Source of the DNA: Naegleria gruberi
Taxonomy: Eukaryota
DNA: 64,000 nucleotides
Strand: one strand, 5' to 3'
Assembly: GCA_000004985.1 (NCBI GenBank)
Contig: GG738845.1
In this document: piece after piece, positions 9,720-20,461 of the stretch
Layout of the letters: the number at the start of each line of letters is the position of its first letter
How positions within the stretch are numbered: position 1 is the stretch's first letter
Notes under the pieces: generated by a model
Seen by the model: the letters and a program-made list of their open reading frames with translations, nothing else
What the model was told of the DNA's origin: nothing
Database searches by the model: none
Made by a program: the position numbers and the translations under genes

Positions 9720-11420
9720 ATGAAGAGAAAGCATCAAGTGAACGATGACTCGGATTCTGATTCCGATGAAGATTATTATGAAGAACCAAAAAAGCAAAGA
9801 CATAGTACTGGTTCGGCTTTTATGAATGCTTTTAATTCTATTTTGTCTGATTCAATTATACTTGATAATTATTCTAATTATGAGAATTTACCATTAGGAA
9901 TTAAATTTAAAGTGGTTCTTCGAAGTTTTAGACAAATGACAATAATTGAAAAGTTCTTTATTTTCAACAAATTACATAATATTAGTTATAGTACAATTCG
10001 TGAAGCGGATTGTATTGCTCTTTTAAGTCTAGGATTTTCACAAATAACTGAAGATGAAATTGGTAATTTACAAACATATTTCAAAAAAAAGGGAAAATCA
10101 TCTAATTACAATGATACTAAATATACATTACTCGATTTTGAGAATAATGACACTAGATTGTATTGGCAATTGTCATATCAAACTTGGGTTACTTTTTATC
10201 ATGATATGGTGGATTGTTATACAACTAGATACAACTCGAGAAATCCAAATGAAATTCCATCAAACTTTAATGAAACATTAGAGCAAATATCTAGAGATTC
10301 TAATTTCTATGCGAAAGCTATTCATGTCATTAGAAAAAAGTTGAGACATATTCCTGGGAAAACTTCTGGAAGCCAGGATATGAGCAAATTGTACAATAAT
10401 TTAACTGATGTTCTGTCCACAATGGAAGAAGCTAGTATGGAGAAAGTTGATGGTATTCATATGATTAATGAAAAGATACTGTCTGCTAACTTTTTCTTCC
10501 ACTTTTTACAATCTGAGGAGGATAAGAAATCTCAACTTGGAGCCTTTTTACTGAAAAAAGCAAGAATTATAGATGATATGGAGATTGTAAAGGTTTTATA
10601 TCCAATCAATACCAAAACCTCCTTTACTTCGCTCCCTATTTCAATACTCAACTTGGAGAAATCTATTCTATTTTTTAATGAGTTTATCAAGGCAAGAGAG
10701 ACTTCACTTATAAAACCAATAAGGGGCACACATATCAAAACAAAATTCTCTAACTATGGTAGAAAGGAACAAGATGTTACAGAGGTAGAACCAACCACCA
10801 CCACCATTAGCGAACAACCAAAAGAAAAGACTGTGATGATCCCTCATCAACAAGTCTCGACACCTTCTAAAGAAAGTCCTAGTGTAGCAGCATCTAACAC
10901 TAAGAATGGAAGCTCATCATCAGAAAATGTAAAACAACAACCTCCAAGTGTTGAACCAGCAACAGCAGCAGCAACGATTTCAACCCCAACTCTTCCACAA
11001 CAAACAAAACCAATTACAGCTACAGTAACTACTACTTCTTCATCAGCAGCCTCATCAGCAGCAACCAATTCTGATACTGCTACCATTACTTCACCACCTA
11101 GAGAACAACAAACCAGTAAACCAAATGAAATACCAGTTATTGACCTAGAGAATGACAAACTTGATGCAGCTGGTGTATTTAGAAATTGGTGGGTTGGAGA
11201 ATACAGGAACTTTGACTTTTCAAAACATCAAGCTGTCCTTTCAGCTAAAAGGTTATTACAATTCTTCAGTACTGCCATGAGACAAAAAGATCCAACCTTT
11301 CACATTGACAGTTCTCATACTTCTTGGAGAGTAATAAGAAAGGCTATTGAAAAGGGAGAGATTCATGGATTAAGAGTTGAAGGAGAAGGAGGTAGATCGT
11401 TTAAGGTTATTAATCAATAA
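9720..11420 (+). CDS. hypothetical protein (acidic N-terminus, Ser/Thr/Ala-rich linker, conserved-looking C-terminal region)
   Basis: 566-aa ATG-initiated ORF. The N-terminus (DDSDSDSDEDYYEE) is acidic and an internal STP-rich tract is present. TAA stop is followed by AATAAA. No family recognised. Confidence 0.5.
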   Translation: MKRKHQVNDDSDSDSDEDYYEEPKKQRHSTGSAFMNAFNSILSDSIILDNYSNYENLPLGIKFKVVLRSFRQMTIIEKFFIFNKLHNISYSTIREADCIALLSLGFSQITEDEIGNLQTYFKKKGKSSNYNDTKYTLLDFENNDTRLYWQLSYQTWVTFYHDMVDCYTTRYNSRNPNEIPSNFNETLEQISRDSNFYAKAIHVIRKKLRHIPGKTSGSQDMSKLYNNLTDVLSTMEEASMEKVDGIHMINEKILSANFFFHFLQSEEDKKSQLGAFLLKKARIIDDMEIVKVLYPINTKTSFTSLPISILNLEKSILFFNEFIKARETSLIKPIRGTHIKTKFSNYGRKEQDVTEVEPTTTTISEQPKEKTVMIPHQQVSTPSKESPSVAASNTKNGSSSSENVKQQPPSVEPATAAATISTPTLPQQTKPITATVTTTSSSAASSAATNSDTATITSPPREQQTSKPNEIPVIDLENDKLDAAGVFRNWWVGEYRNFDFSKHQAVLSAKRLLQFFSTAMRQKDPTFHIDSSHTSWRVIRKAIEKGEIHGLRVEGEGGRSFKVINQ

Positions 11421-11432
11421 ACTAAATTTATT

Positions 11433-12668
11433 TTACAATTTAGACAACCTAGATTCATCACGTTTGTATTTTGATAATTCAGTTCTTCTCTTCCACTTTT
11501 CCAAGTCAGTATAGATGGGTATTCTTGGACCACGAGCATCCAAATCTTGCCATTGATATTGGAAAAAGTCAGCTGTAATTGGAGGATAAATTTCTCTAAA
11601 AACTGAGAATAATAATTCCATTGTCCAACATTTCAGTTTAAATCTTGGAACATGTCTTATTGGTTCTGTAGACTTGATTTTACATCTATCATCTTCAACT
11701 TCCAATGAAAGTAAAAGTAAATCGTCACAGTACATGGCATCCTCATCAGTACAAACAGGTGGTTGAATATATTCGTAATCAACAACACAAAAACCAATAT
11801 TTCTCATAATCTTGTGTCTGTCTTCCGATTTCATGACACCATCATCAACTCCAATAGCATTTGTTTCAGCAAAAAAGTAAAATTCGTCATCTTCTTTTTC
11901 AAGAACCTTCTTCAAATTAGAATCGCTTGCTTTAACGCGAGCATCATCCAAACACAATTCAATATATTGTTGAGCAAATTGAAGTTGACCTTTTTGAGTT
12001 TTGGTTAATTGAAGAATAGTTTCATCACCAACATTCCAATTTCTTACATGCATTAAAGCATTATTAAGTGCTTCCCATCTGTTCGGCTTTCTTTTTGCAT
12101 ATAATTCATATTTGCAATATTCATAAGCTTGATAAACAAGAGTTTTTCCCAAACCATAGTTTCTATATTTTTCACAAACGACAAAGTATGTGAATAAAGC
12201 ACATTGAGACATTTCATAATACTCAAAAACAGAAATGCCTGCAATATTTTCATATCTCATCTCCTTATCGTCCTTTCCATTAACTTCATATGCAACCATA
12301 ATGTGCATAAGTGGAACAAAAACACGATTACCCTTGTGAGTCAAATTGTTAACCCAAACTTCTAAAGGATCTAATTCGGATTCAATAGGAAAATTTACCA
12401 TCATAATTTCATTATAAATTTTAGTAATTAAAGCAAGAGAAAAGTAATCTCTTAGTGAAATAAATCTAAATTTCTTATCCTTTACAGTGTAGAAGAAATC
12501 TGAACCTTTTCCGTCCTCCTTAGACAAGTCTAAATTATATTCCGCAGCATCTGATGATACATTGTTGTCAGCAGTAGCAACACTAGAAGATGTATTGTTT
12601 AATTCCAACAAATTGTTTTGAAAATGGAATTGTCTTTTTAAATGTTTTTTTATCATTTTATGAATCAC
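11433..12668 (-). CDS. GNAT-family N-acetyltransferase-like protein
   Basis: 411-aa ORF. VVCEKYRNYGLGKTLV resembles the GNAT acetyl-CoA binding motif A (R/Q-x-x-G-x-G/A). Convergent with the upstream gene; the two stops are 13 bp apart. Confidence 0.45.
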   Translation of the reverse strand: MIHKMIKKHLKRQFHFQNNLLELNNTSSSVATADNNVSSDAAEYNLDLSKEDGKGSDFFYTVKDKKFRFISLRDYFSLALITKIYNEIMMVNFPIESELDPLEVWVNNLTHKGNRVFVPLMHIMVAYEVNGKDDKEMRYENIAGISVFEYYEMSQCALFTYFVVCEKYRNYGLGKTLVYQAYEYCKYELYAKRKPNRWEALNNALMHVRNWNVGDETILQLTKTQKGQLQFAQQYIELCLDDARVKASDSNLKKVLEKEDDEFYFFAETNAIGVDDGVMKSEDRHKIMRNIGFCVVDYEYIQPPVCTDEDAMYCDDLLLLSLEVEDDRCKIKSTEPIRHVPRFKLKCWTMELLFSVFREIYPPITADFFQYQWQDLDARGPRIPIYTDLEKWKRRTELSKYKRDESRLSKL

Positions 12669-13004
12669 TTTGATATAAAATCCAATGTTGTTTTTTTATG
12701 GATAATAGATAGGATGATGATATTGAGTGTTTGATTGAATGCCGAATGTTGGCCTGTATTGTAGCAGTGTGTGTCAGCCTGTAAAAATAATAATATTTTT
12801 TTCTTTCAAATTTTTCAACACAACGTTTGTCTCGCAGCTGAACTCTTTAACAAAAGCATTTACCAGTCCTTTTATGATCTCATTTCTCCAAAAAGTGGCG
12901 GGTAGATAGTAATTGCATAACGTTTATCTTGGTCTTGTTTGAGTCGCCCTCAATTCTTACCAAAAGATGTTGGTGATTGCTTTTCAACAATAATTTATTG
13001 ATCA

Positions 13005-14015
13005 TCAATAAAGATATTGTCTTCTACGAGATCTTTCCAAGCAAGAAGATGTTTCGTCTCTATAGGTTGGCTTTTTAAGATTTGGATTCAGTTCCATTTC
13101 AAATTGACCCAATTGATTCGAAAATCCCTTGTTTGGTTTGACAAATTTTCTGGCTTGTTTAGTAATGTTATAAGCTTCTTGCAGTGTCAATCCTTCTTCG
13201 GCAATCAAATAGGCTAACACAATAGATGCTGATCTGGAAATACCTTTTTGACAGTGGACGAAAACCTTTTCACCATTCTTCTTACACTCCTTAATGTATT
13301 CAATTGCTTGCGAGAAGTGTTGTTTAATGTCCATGGTTTGATGGTCCACAATTTGAATTTGAAAATCGCCATACTTTTCCAAGACTTGATTTTCATGAGG
13401 TTCAGGTGTAACGTTAACAATTTTCTTAATACCTAACGATTCTAACAACTTTGGAACATAGGCGTGAAGGTAAGCTCCAAGGAAGAGGAAATCTGGTATA
13501 ATTTCATTTGGAAGGAGTGTTGAGTCTCTTTCCATGGTTTCTGGATATTCAAAATCGGAACAAATTGAATTAGAGTACTTTCTGTTCATTTCATCTAATC
13601 CGCCTTCGAGAGATTTCAAACTCTTAATGACAATGTTTCTTGGGAAGAGAGGAATAACTTTTTGGATGAACTGATCGACAACTTGTTGCGATAGTGATGA
13701 TTGGCCATAAATTACAAACATTTGATTCGAGTAGTTGGCCTTTCTGAAGAGACTTTGTTGGAATCCCTCCAAACCTGGATTCTTCTCAAGCAAATCCTCC
13801 CATTCTGTGGTACCTTCATCAATTTGTCTAGTGATTGCTTCGATATCTACATTCGTAGCCGCCAGTAAATGGCTCTTTTCATACAAATCACTAGAGCGAA
13901 GATCTACAAGAGCAAAAGTAAGCTTAGGACTTTGGCAAGGGGCCAATGAAGTCATATCGAGAACTTCATTGTAGAGGAAAGTACAAGTGATGGTTTCGTT
14001 GTGTAAAGAGGACAT
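13005..14015 (-). CDS. dual-specificity protein phosphatase (MKP-like: rhodanese-like N-terminal region plus DSP catalytic domain)
   Basis: Catalytic signature VHCQKGISRSASIVLAYLI fits the HCxxGxxRS P-loop. Start taken at the second in-frame ATG (MSSLHNE); the ORF-track start at 14036 lies in a TATATA stretch. Confidence 0.8.
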   Translation of the reverse strand: MSSLHNETITCTFLYNEVLDMTSLAPCQSPKLTFALVDLRSSDLYEKSHLLAATNVDIEAITRQIDEGTTEWEDLLEKNPGLEGFQQSLFRKANYSNQMFVIYGQSSLSQQVVDQFIQKVIPLFPRNIVIKSLKSLEGGLDEMNRKYSNSICSDFEYPETMERDSTLLPNEIIPDFLFLGAYLHAYVPKLLESLGIKKIVNVTPEPHENQVLEKYGDFQIQIVDHQTMDIKQHFSQAIEYIKECKKNGEKVFVHCQKGISRSASIVLAYLIAEEGLTLQEAYNITKQARKFVKPNKGFSNQLGQFEMELNPNLKKPTYRDETSSCLERSRRRQYLY

Positions 14016-14337
14016 TGTGATGATATATATATACAAAATTGTTTGGTTGTAATACTAAATGGTATCTAGTTGGAGGTGAAGATGTTTCGTACCCGACTAA
14101 GTGTTCTTGTAGTGATTTTTGAAAATAACTGACAAGAAAACGCGTTGCTGGCGTGCGTTGTTGTTAGGAAAGGGGAGTTGGAGATGATATTTTTTTGTCT
14201 CTAAATATGTTTTGTTAGTCGTTTAAATAAAGATGTATAGATAATTTAGTGCCTTTTGAATTTTGAAAATTCAGATAGTTTCAATTTGACGCTAATTGGA
14301 AGCCGTTCAACAGCAAAAAGTGGATGACGAGAATTTA

Positions 14338-17300
14338 TTAAAACTGGTTTGATGTTGTTTGGCTATTAATTTTAGAGGAAACATGATATTTTCTGACGTT
14401 GGCAATGGCGTTGGCTGCACTCAATTGTAGAGCATCATTTTTGGCACTCAACAGTCTAACCAACAAGTTTACGGTATTACAAATTCGCAACGTTTTAGAG
14501 ACAATTTCATTCTCTGAAAGAACACTTAATGCGTATGAAGTGTTTCTGAAAATGTGATGATAGTGGCAATCGATATCAGATGGTGTAACACCATTGGTTG
14601 GTAAATTCTCATAAAGCTCATCAGTTGCTTCTCCATCTTTGTTTGGTGTTGATGAACTTGATTCCAGTATTGACAAACTTGTAAGCGCGTTTGTGAGGTT
14701 AAGGTATGGAGCACAAACCAGGCTGTGACAAACGAAAGGGGAAATTTTTGATTGAGACTTTTTAAAGCTTTTTTCTTGTAATGGTTGTTGTCCGTTTTGT
14801 TGAATTGAGGAATGACCAAAAGTAAAACTAGCACTTTTTGTCAATTGGTTTTCAGTTGTTGATTTGTTTGGGTTTGCAATAGATAAAATTTCAACCATTG
14901 CTGTATTTTCATAATGCTTTCTATGATTAGAATCATAGTGCTTTTGCAGCATTCTTTGGAATTTGATATTCTCAATGAGAGGATCTACTACTCCCTTTTC
15001 AAAGAAAGAAAGGGAATTATGTTGATGTTTTCCCAATTCTGCAATTGCCAAAGCAGCCATTGAACGTAAGTAGAGATTTTCATCGAGTCTCTGGTTGTAA
15101 TTTGGATTATCGTAGACCAACTTTTTCTTCTCCCCACTTTCAGTTTCATACGTACACATGGAAAAATCATTTGTTTTTGGCTTTGTTGCCATCTGAATCA
15201 TTAATTCGTCAATCCACTTTTGAGTATTTTTCAACATGTTTGCGATGTGAGTACAGGCACCTTCCTCAGTGAAAATGGCTCTGTTAATTGGGTTCTGACT
15301 CATTTTAGCAATGGCAAGGCAAATATTGGCTAGAACAAAAATATCTTTAGAGGATTCCAAAACTCTCACCAGAACACCAATTCCACTAACATATGTCTCA
15401 CCAATTCTGGCAGCAATATCAGCATTGTGGATGCAATTTGAAATGGCCATAGCAGCTGCAGCCTGAATTTCTGGTTTTTCATTTCTCAACATTGACCACA
15501 TTGCCTTCATAGCACCCTGTTTCAGCATGCTGTCAAGGACAGAGTTACAGTTACAAATTCTTCCTAGTATATCTAGACAGTGAACAATTAAATCCGTTTT
15601 GGATGACGAAACCAAGAGAGGTGAGATGTAATCCACTATTCCAGATTTGAAAATCAGCAATTTGGTCCAAGGGAGTTTTGCACAATTGGCAATAATTCCA
15701 GCACACCTAAACTTGATTAATTCATCTGATTTTTCTACAGATTTTGTTTTGAGAAGGCTACTGATATAGTTGGAATCAACAATGACTTCCTCAGGTTCAT
15801 GTATTTCGGATTTTCTTCGTCTTCTGGATGGAGAAAGACTTGCAGAAACATTAACTTTTGGAACTGGTGGCGGCTTTACTTTCTTTTTAGGAATGAAATT
15901 AATATCCAGAAAGCCAGTCAGTGAGGGTAATAATCCTAGCTCGAAAATCTTCTCAGAGTTTTCCATAGAGAATGACGCATTGTACATGGCACCAGTAATG
16001 TATTCCAATAAAATTAGAGATCTCTCTGGATCATTTTTCGATTGTTTCTCACACCTCTTTATCCAACTTCCCATAATTTCAAGGATTGTATTGATCTGTT
16101 CTCTGACATATTCTGTTTTTGTTATTGAGAAAAATGAGGCACAACAGTAAATACTTACTCTCAACTGTTAGATTGAATAATAGTCCAGCCATTACAATTA
16201 GTAAATCTATATGGTACGTATTGGATTTAGTCATTATGTTATTAATCGACGCCACCACTAGTAAAAGCTTCTTAATCATGTTTGAGTTTCTCATTTGAGT
16301 TCGAATATTTTCTAAGAGAAATCACTTTTTAGGGGAGAGTATAATCAAACTTACCATTTTCAGCACAGTGCATGAATGACCCGATCACTGGAACTAAAAG
16401 CTTGTAAGGTCCAATAACTGACGAATCAGCCTCATTTCCAAAATCCTTCAAATAGGTGAACAAATGATCGAGATATATATCTAGTATTGAAATTCCAATA
16501 TCACCTCCAATTTTCACATTTAGAATATCCTCTTGATTAGACTCTTCAATGTTGGTTGCAGTGAGAAAAGTGTTGAAACTTACTTCTTTTAGATGCAGTC
16601 CAGATAACTCGTAAAGAATTGTAAATTATAGAAAGTGCTTCAGAAGGAGTTGAATTTTGTAAAGCCTGTGAGGCAACACTAAACGGCCTGGAAATGGCCA
16701 TTGACTTGTTTCTAAAATGTTCAAATATATTTACAGGTGAATTAGATGATCCATCAAAGAACCCTTTACAATTGTAAAGGAATTGGAACATTTTCTTAAT
16801 TCCTTTTGATTTGGTTATTATTTTTCTAACAGCTAATCTCTCACAACAATTAGCAATTACCTCACAAACTAGTTTTTGGAAAGATATTTGTGCATGTTTG
16901 TCTATCTTCACTCTCGATTGTCTGGTTAGTTCGGAGCTACCCATATTCAATGCTCTTAATAGAGAGGGAATGTTTTCAGCAATAGTAAGTTGAATCCTTG
17001 CTATTTTAATTGTTTGTTAACAACATCTCATCAATACAGGTTCAATACATACAATTATTTGATAAGTGAGATAAAATATTGGCTGCTCCCACACGAATTC
17101 TTTCATCTCCATTATATTCGAATAATTTAATAAATGTGGGTATACCTCCACATTCCACAATTGCGTATTGGTTACTCACTAATGAAAAAATGATTAGATT
17201 AATCTAAACTGAAGAACTTACCATCCCCCATATCTAAATCTTGGAAAAATGAAATTGCCAAAATGATATTTCTTTGAGATGTAGTTGAGATTGTGGTGGC

Positions 17301-18534
17301 TGAAGAGGTTGTTGGATGACCCACCTGTTTTGTATCCTTTTCTTTAAAATCACTCTCTGGGGTATTCTGTCTAACAACCTTGACCATCTTATTGATTCTG
17401 GCAACCAATGGTGAGACATCATCTTGACAAGGCAGGTCATTAACAAATGAAATGGTGAAACTTACGATTTTTGGGTAAGGTAACAGCTATCGACTCTTCT
17501 TCATCGCTCGAGTCAGTTGTCTTTGTAAACATGGTGCTTTTCTCAAGCTCCTTTACCTTGCTTTTGGTTAGATTGTCCTTTTTTAAAAATCTTGGGTCAG
17601 TAGATATTCCTTTCTGTTCCAAGAGAAAGGAGTAAGTGAAGATTTCCTTCTTTTTCTTTTGTTTTGGTTTTGATTCCTTTGGTGGCATCATAACTGGAGA
17701 CGGGGTCGAACTGATTCTGCTCAATGCATCAAGATTATTCCCATTATTAAGTGTTTCATATCTATCTGTTGGAATATTCTGGTTAAAAGTTACGGACATT
17801 CTTCGTTTCCTTTCTTCTAAATTTATGTTATCTGACATCGTTAATTCCTTTGGAGTTTCATTGGCTGCAATCAGTCTAGATTGGGATCTGAGTCTGGACA
17901 TTGTTGTGTTTCTAACTAAACTATTTGATCTTTCCCTTCTTCTAAAAGCAATAAAATTTGAAAAGAGGTGGAGTTCGAATTGAGCTATAAAATTATTAAA
18001 TTGAAGTCTTCGGAACAAATCTGATTCTTTAACTTTGGCATTTTCTTGCTCAATCAGATCTTTTATGGTGTCTTCAAATTCGTTAAGATTTTTACTAATA
18101 TCTTCCTCCACTGTCAAGTTTTGATTATTTTTCCCAGAACTCAATAATAATAGTTTCTTATTGTTTTGTAAAAATGATTTCATTTCCTGAAACAATTTAC
18201 CCCACTTTTCTGCGTTTTCTAAATGATTTAAAAAGGAATAAATAGTTCTAAACTCCACTGCAGATGATTTTTTCTCCAACTCTATTCCCATTTGATCTCT
18301 TGACAGACATGTCTCATATCTAATCACTAAATCATTCGGAAGTATCAAATGAAACAACTCCATAAAGGCAGATTTTTGTATCATTCCTTTCTGGTATTGT
18401 TGTTGTTGATTTTGGTAATCCACAAATAAATTATGTAAGGCATTTCCGATATACTCTAACACGTGAATATGCTGTTCATTAGACAAATCCAATGCAGTTA
18501 AATTTTTAAATTGTGCCGAAACAAAATTGCCCAT
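14338..18534 (-). CDS. large armadillo-repeat protein with N-terminal myristoylation-type signal (MGNFVSAQ), 7 exons, about 1310 codons
   Basis: Hand-joined exons on the minus strand are 17466..18534, 17222..17422, 17053..17178, 16584..17000, 16355..16543, 16159..16311 and 14338..16112. All junctions use GTAAGT or GTATGT donors and AG acceptors, with introns of 40-52 nt. Reading frames stay continuous across the ORF-track pieces at 17440..18534, 17199..17408, 16546..16950, 16329..16517 and 14338..16164. ARM-like repeats are present (GGIPTFIKLF, GAMKAMWSMLRNEKPEIQAAAAMAISNCI). Total length is 3930 nt. Confidence 0.65.
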
Positions 18535-18599
18535 CCTTGTCTAAGTTTTTCATTAATCAATTTTTTTTTAAATGAAAAATTGTAGTGTTGGCGGTGGAT

Positions 18600-18611
18600 T
18601 TTGGCGCCAAA
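18600..18611. promoter_or_regulatory. palindromic E2F-type site TTTGGCGCCAAA, about 70 bp upstream of the armadillo-repeat gene start, with an adjacent TTGGCGG half-site
   Basis: Exact 12-bp palindrome in a roughly 30% GC context. An E2F-like TTGGCGG sits 5 bp away. Confidence 0.4.
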
Positions 18612-18663
18612 GTTTTGAAAGATTTACTCAAGTTCTGAATAACATCATTTTATTGCTCTAATC

Positions 18664-20307
18664 TTATATCGATAGAGAGATGATTGTTCTTCCTTTGTAT
18701 TTCTTTCCAGATAAACCTTTTTGGGCGGCTTCTGCAGATTGTGTGTCTGCAAATTTCACTAGAATTCTTCCATTATTTTCTCCATAATTATATGTATTAG
18801 GTTCTGATTGATCGAATGGTATTGTGATTTGTAATACTTTCCCAAAAGTAGAGCACTCATTTTGAAAATCTCTCTTAATTTCTTCAAATCTTGATACGTC
18901 TTCTGGAAGGTTCAAACAGTTTAGGAAAACTACAGTTGAACTGTGTTGAGTTGACTTATTTTCGTGGAGTGGCACCTGCTGTAAGGCAATGTCATATTTT
19001 ACATTGAGATCTAACACTCTTCCAATAGCAGCCTTTTTTGGGTCGGCATCCAATTGCTGTCTATATTGTTGTTGAATTTCTATAACTCTGTCACTCTCTG
19101 TTAATTCAAATTTTGCTTCACATGGGGCTCTCTGAACCAGTAAAAATGTGTTATCAGAAATTTTTTGGAAAATTCTACTAAAGTCCTCTTGAGATATTAA
19201 CCCCATACTTTTCATTTCTTCCAATAATTGTCTTTGGGTTACCTTGTTCATTTCAGCTGTTACTTGATTGGTATTACCATAAAAATCACAGAAAATAAAT
19301 CCATCATTACCATATTGGTTGTCAGTTTCAAATATTCCTTTAGGAACATGAATGGATTTAAGTGCAGAAATATTCTGATTCTTTCTTGCTAAATATCCAC
19401 AAATTTGTTTCAAACTCAATTCTTTAGGCAAATTACCAATAAAGAGCTTATTTGGTGAATCGAGAATAAAACCATTTTTGCTAGGCATAACATCTATAAG
19501 TACATCATTGACAATTTGATTGGAAATAGCACTTCCACTTGATTTTCCTCCATTTGCTCTATTGTAAGTATAGCAAATTGTCACTTGAGGATCTACAAAA
19601 TCCTTTGGTCTATTGATCTTTAGTATAGATCCTCTGAATTGAGTACCATTTAAACAATTAACACAATAGGTTGCCTCTTGTGGTGTTCTAAAATCTACGA
19701 AAGCATAACCCTTGTGCATGGAAATTTGAATGACATTGTCATCAGTAAATTGATATTGTGAATTGTATCCACTGTTTGCATTTGAAGCACCTGTAGACAT
19801 GATCAACAACTCCAATGAATTTGCTGGTTGAGGATTGTATTTATGATTCGTATAGTCCATTCCAGCTTTTCTTAATTGAATAGTAAAGAATTCTATAATA
19901 TCCCTTTCACTTGAATTATCGGGTATACCTCCAACATAAATTTTACGAAGTTGTTTATATTGTGGATCTGTTAAACTAATTCCTGATGAACCTAAAAACA
20001 AGCCAGCACCCGATGTATTAATTTGTTGTGCTGAAACTCCTAGATTATTCTTGTTAACAATATTGGCATTATCATTCCTATTGACAATTCGTTCCATGTT
20101 GTTATTAAAGCTTGGTAACTTGACAATACCATACAATGTACCAGGGATAGCATCCTTCATCAAATCTTGTGGTGTCATATCGAATAGAGATTTTTGTACT
20201 TTTGTATTCAGTTGTATTGATTGCGAAATTTGTTGTTTCATCTTGTTTAAAATCGATTGATTCAAGTGCTCCGATGAAGGAACAGAGGAGTTATTATTTG
20301 ATGACAT
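18664..20307 (-). CDS. RRM-domain RNA-binding protein, U2AF65/PUF60-like architecture (two RRMs plus a C-terminal UHM-like RRM)
   Basis: RNP-type motifs KIYVGGIPDNS and YAFVDFRTPQEA mark RRM1, and KLFIGNLPKE marks RRM2. The C-terminus GRILVKFADTQSAEAAQKGLSGKKYKGRTI resembles a U2AF homology motif. Start taken at the internal ATG (MSSNNNSS); the track start is a non-ATG codon. Confidence 0.65.
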   Translation of the reverse strand: MSSNNNSSVPSSEHLNQSILNKMKQQISQSIQLNTKVQKSLFDMTPQDLMKDAIPGTLYGIVKLPSFNNNMERIVNRNDNANIVNKNNLGVSAQQINTSGAGLFLGSSGISLTDPQYKQLRKIYVGGIPDNSSERDIIEFFTIQLRKAGMDYTNHKYNPQPANSLELLIMSTGASNANSGYNSQYQFTDDNVIQISMHKGYAFVDFRTPQEATYCVNCLNGTQFRGSILKINRPKDFVDPQVTICYTYNRANGGKSSGSAISNQIVNDVLIDVMPSKNGFILDSPNKLFIGNLPKELSLKQICGYLARKNQNISALKSIHVPKGIFETDNQYGNDGFIFCDFYGNTNQVTAEMNKVTQRQLLEEMKSMGLISQEDFSRIFQKISDNTFLLVQRAPCEAKFELTESDRVIEIQQQYRQQLDADPKKAAIGRVLDLNVKYDIALQQVPLHENKSTQHSSTVVFLNCLNLPEDVSRFEEIKRDFQNECSTFGKVLQITIPFDQSEPNTYNYGENNGRILVKFADTQSAEAAQKGLSGKKYKGRTIISLSI

Positions 20308-20461
20308 TTTTTTTAATATTAAATTGATTTTTATTTTCTTTATTATTTGAACCTGAATGTTGTTAGTGGCATCATTAAAACCACATTGGACCAACATAAT
20401 ATCAATAATTAAGCAATGTTAAAATCTCCCGCCGAGATGTATCGTAGTTAACATCAAAAAA

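Noticed and set aside
10847-11158. Ala/Val-rich 103-aa minus-strand ORF
   Set aside because: Antisense to the Ser/Thr/Ala-rich linker of the 9720..11420 gene and driven by repetitive GCN/NGC codons. No start context.
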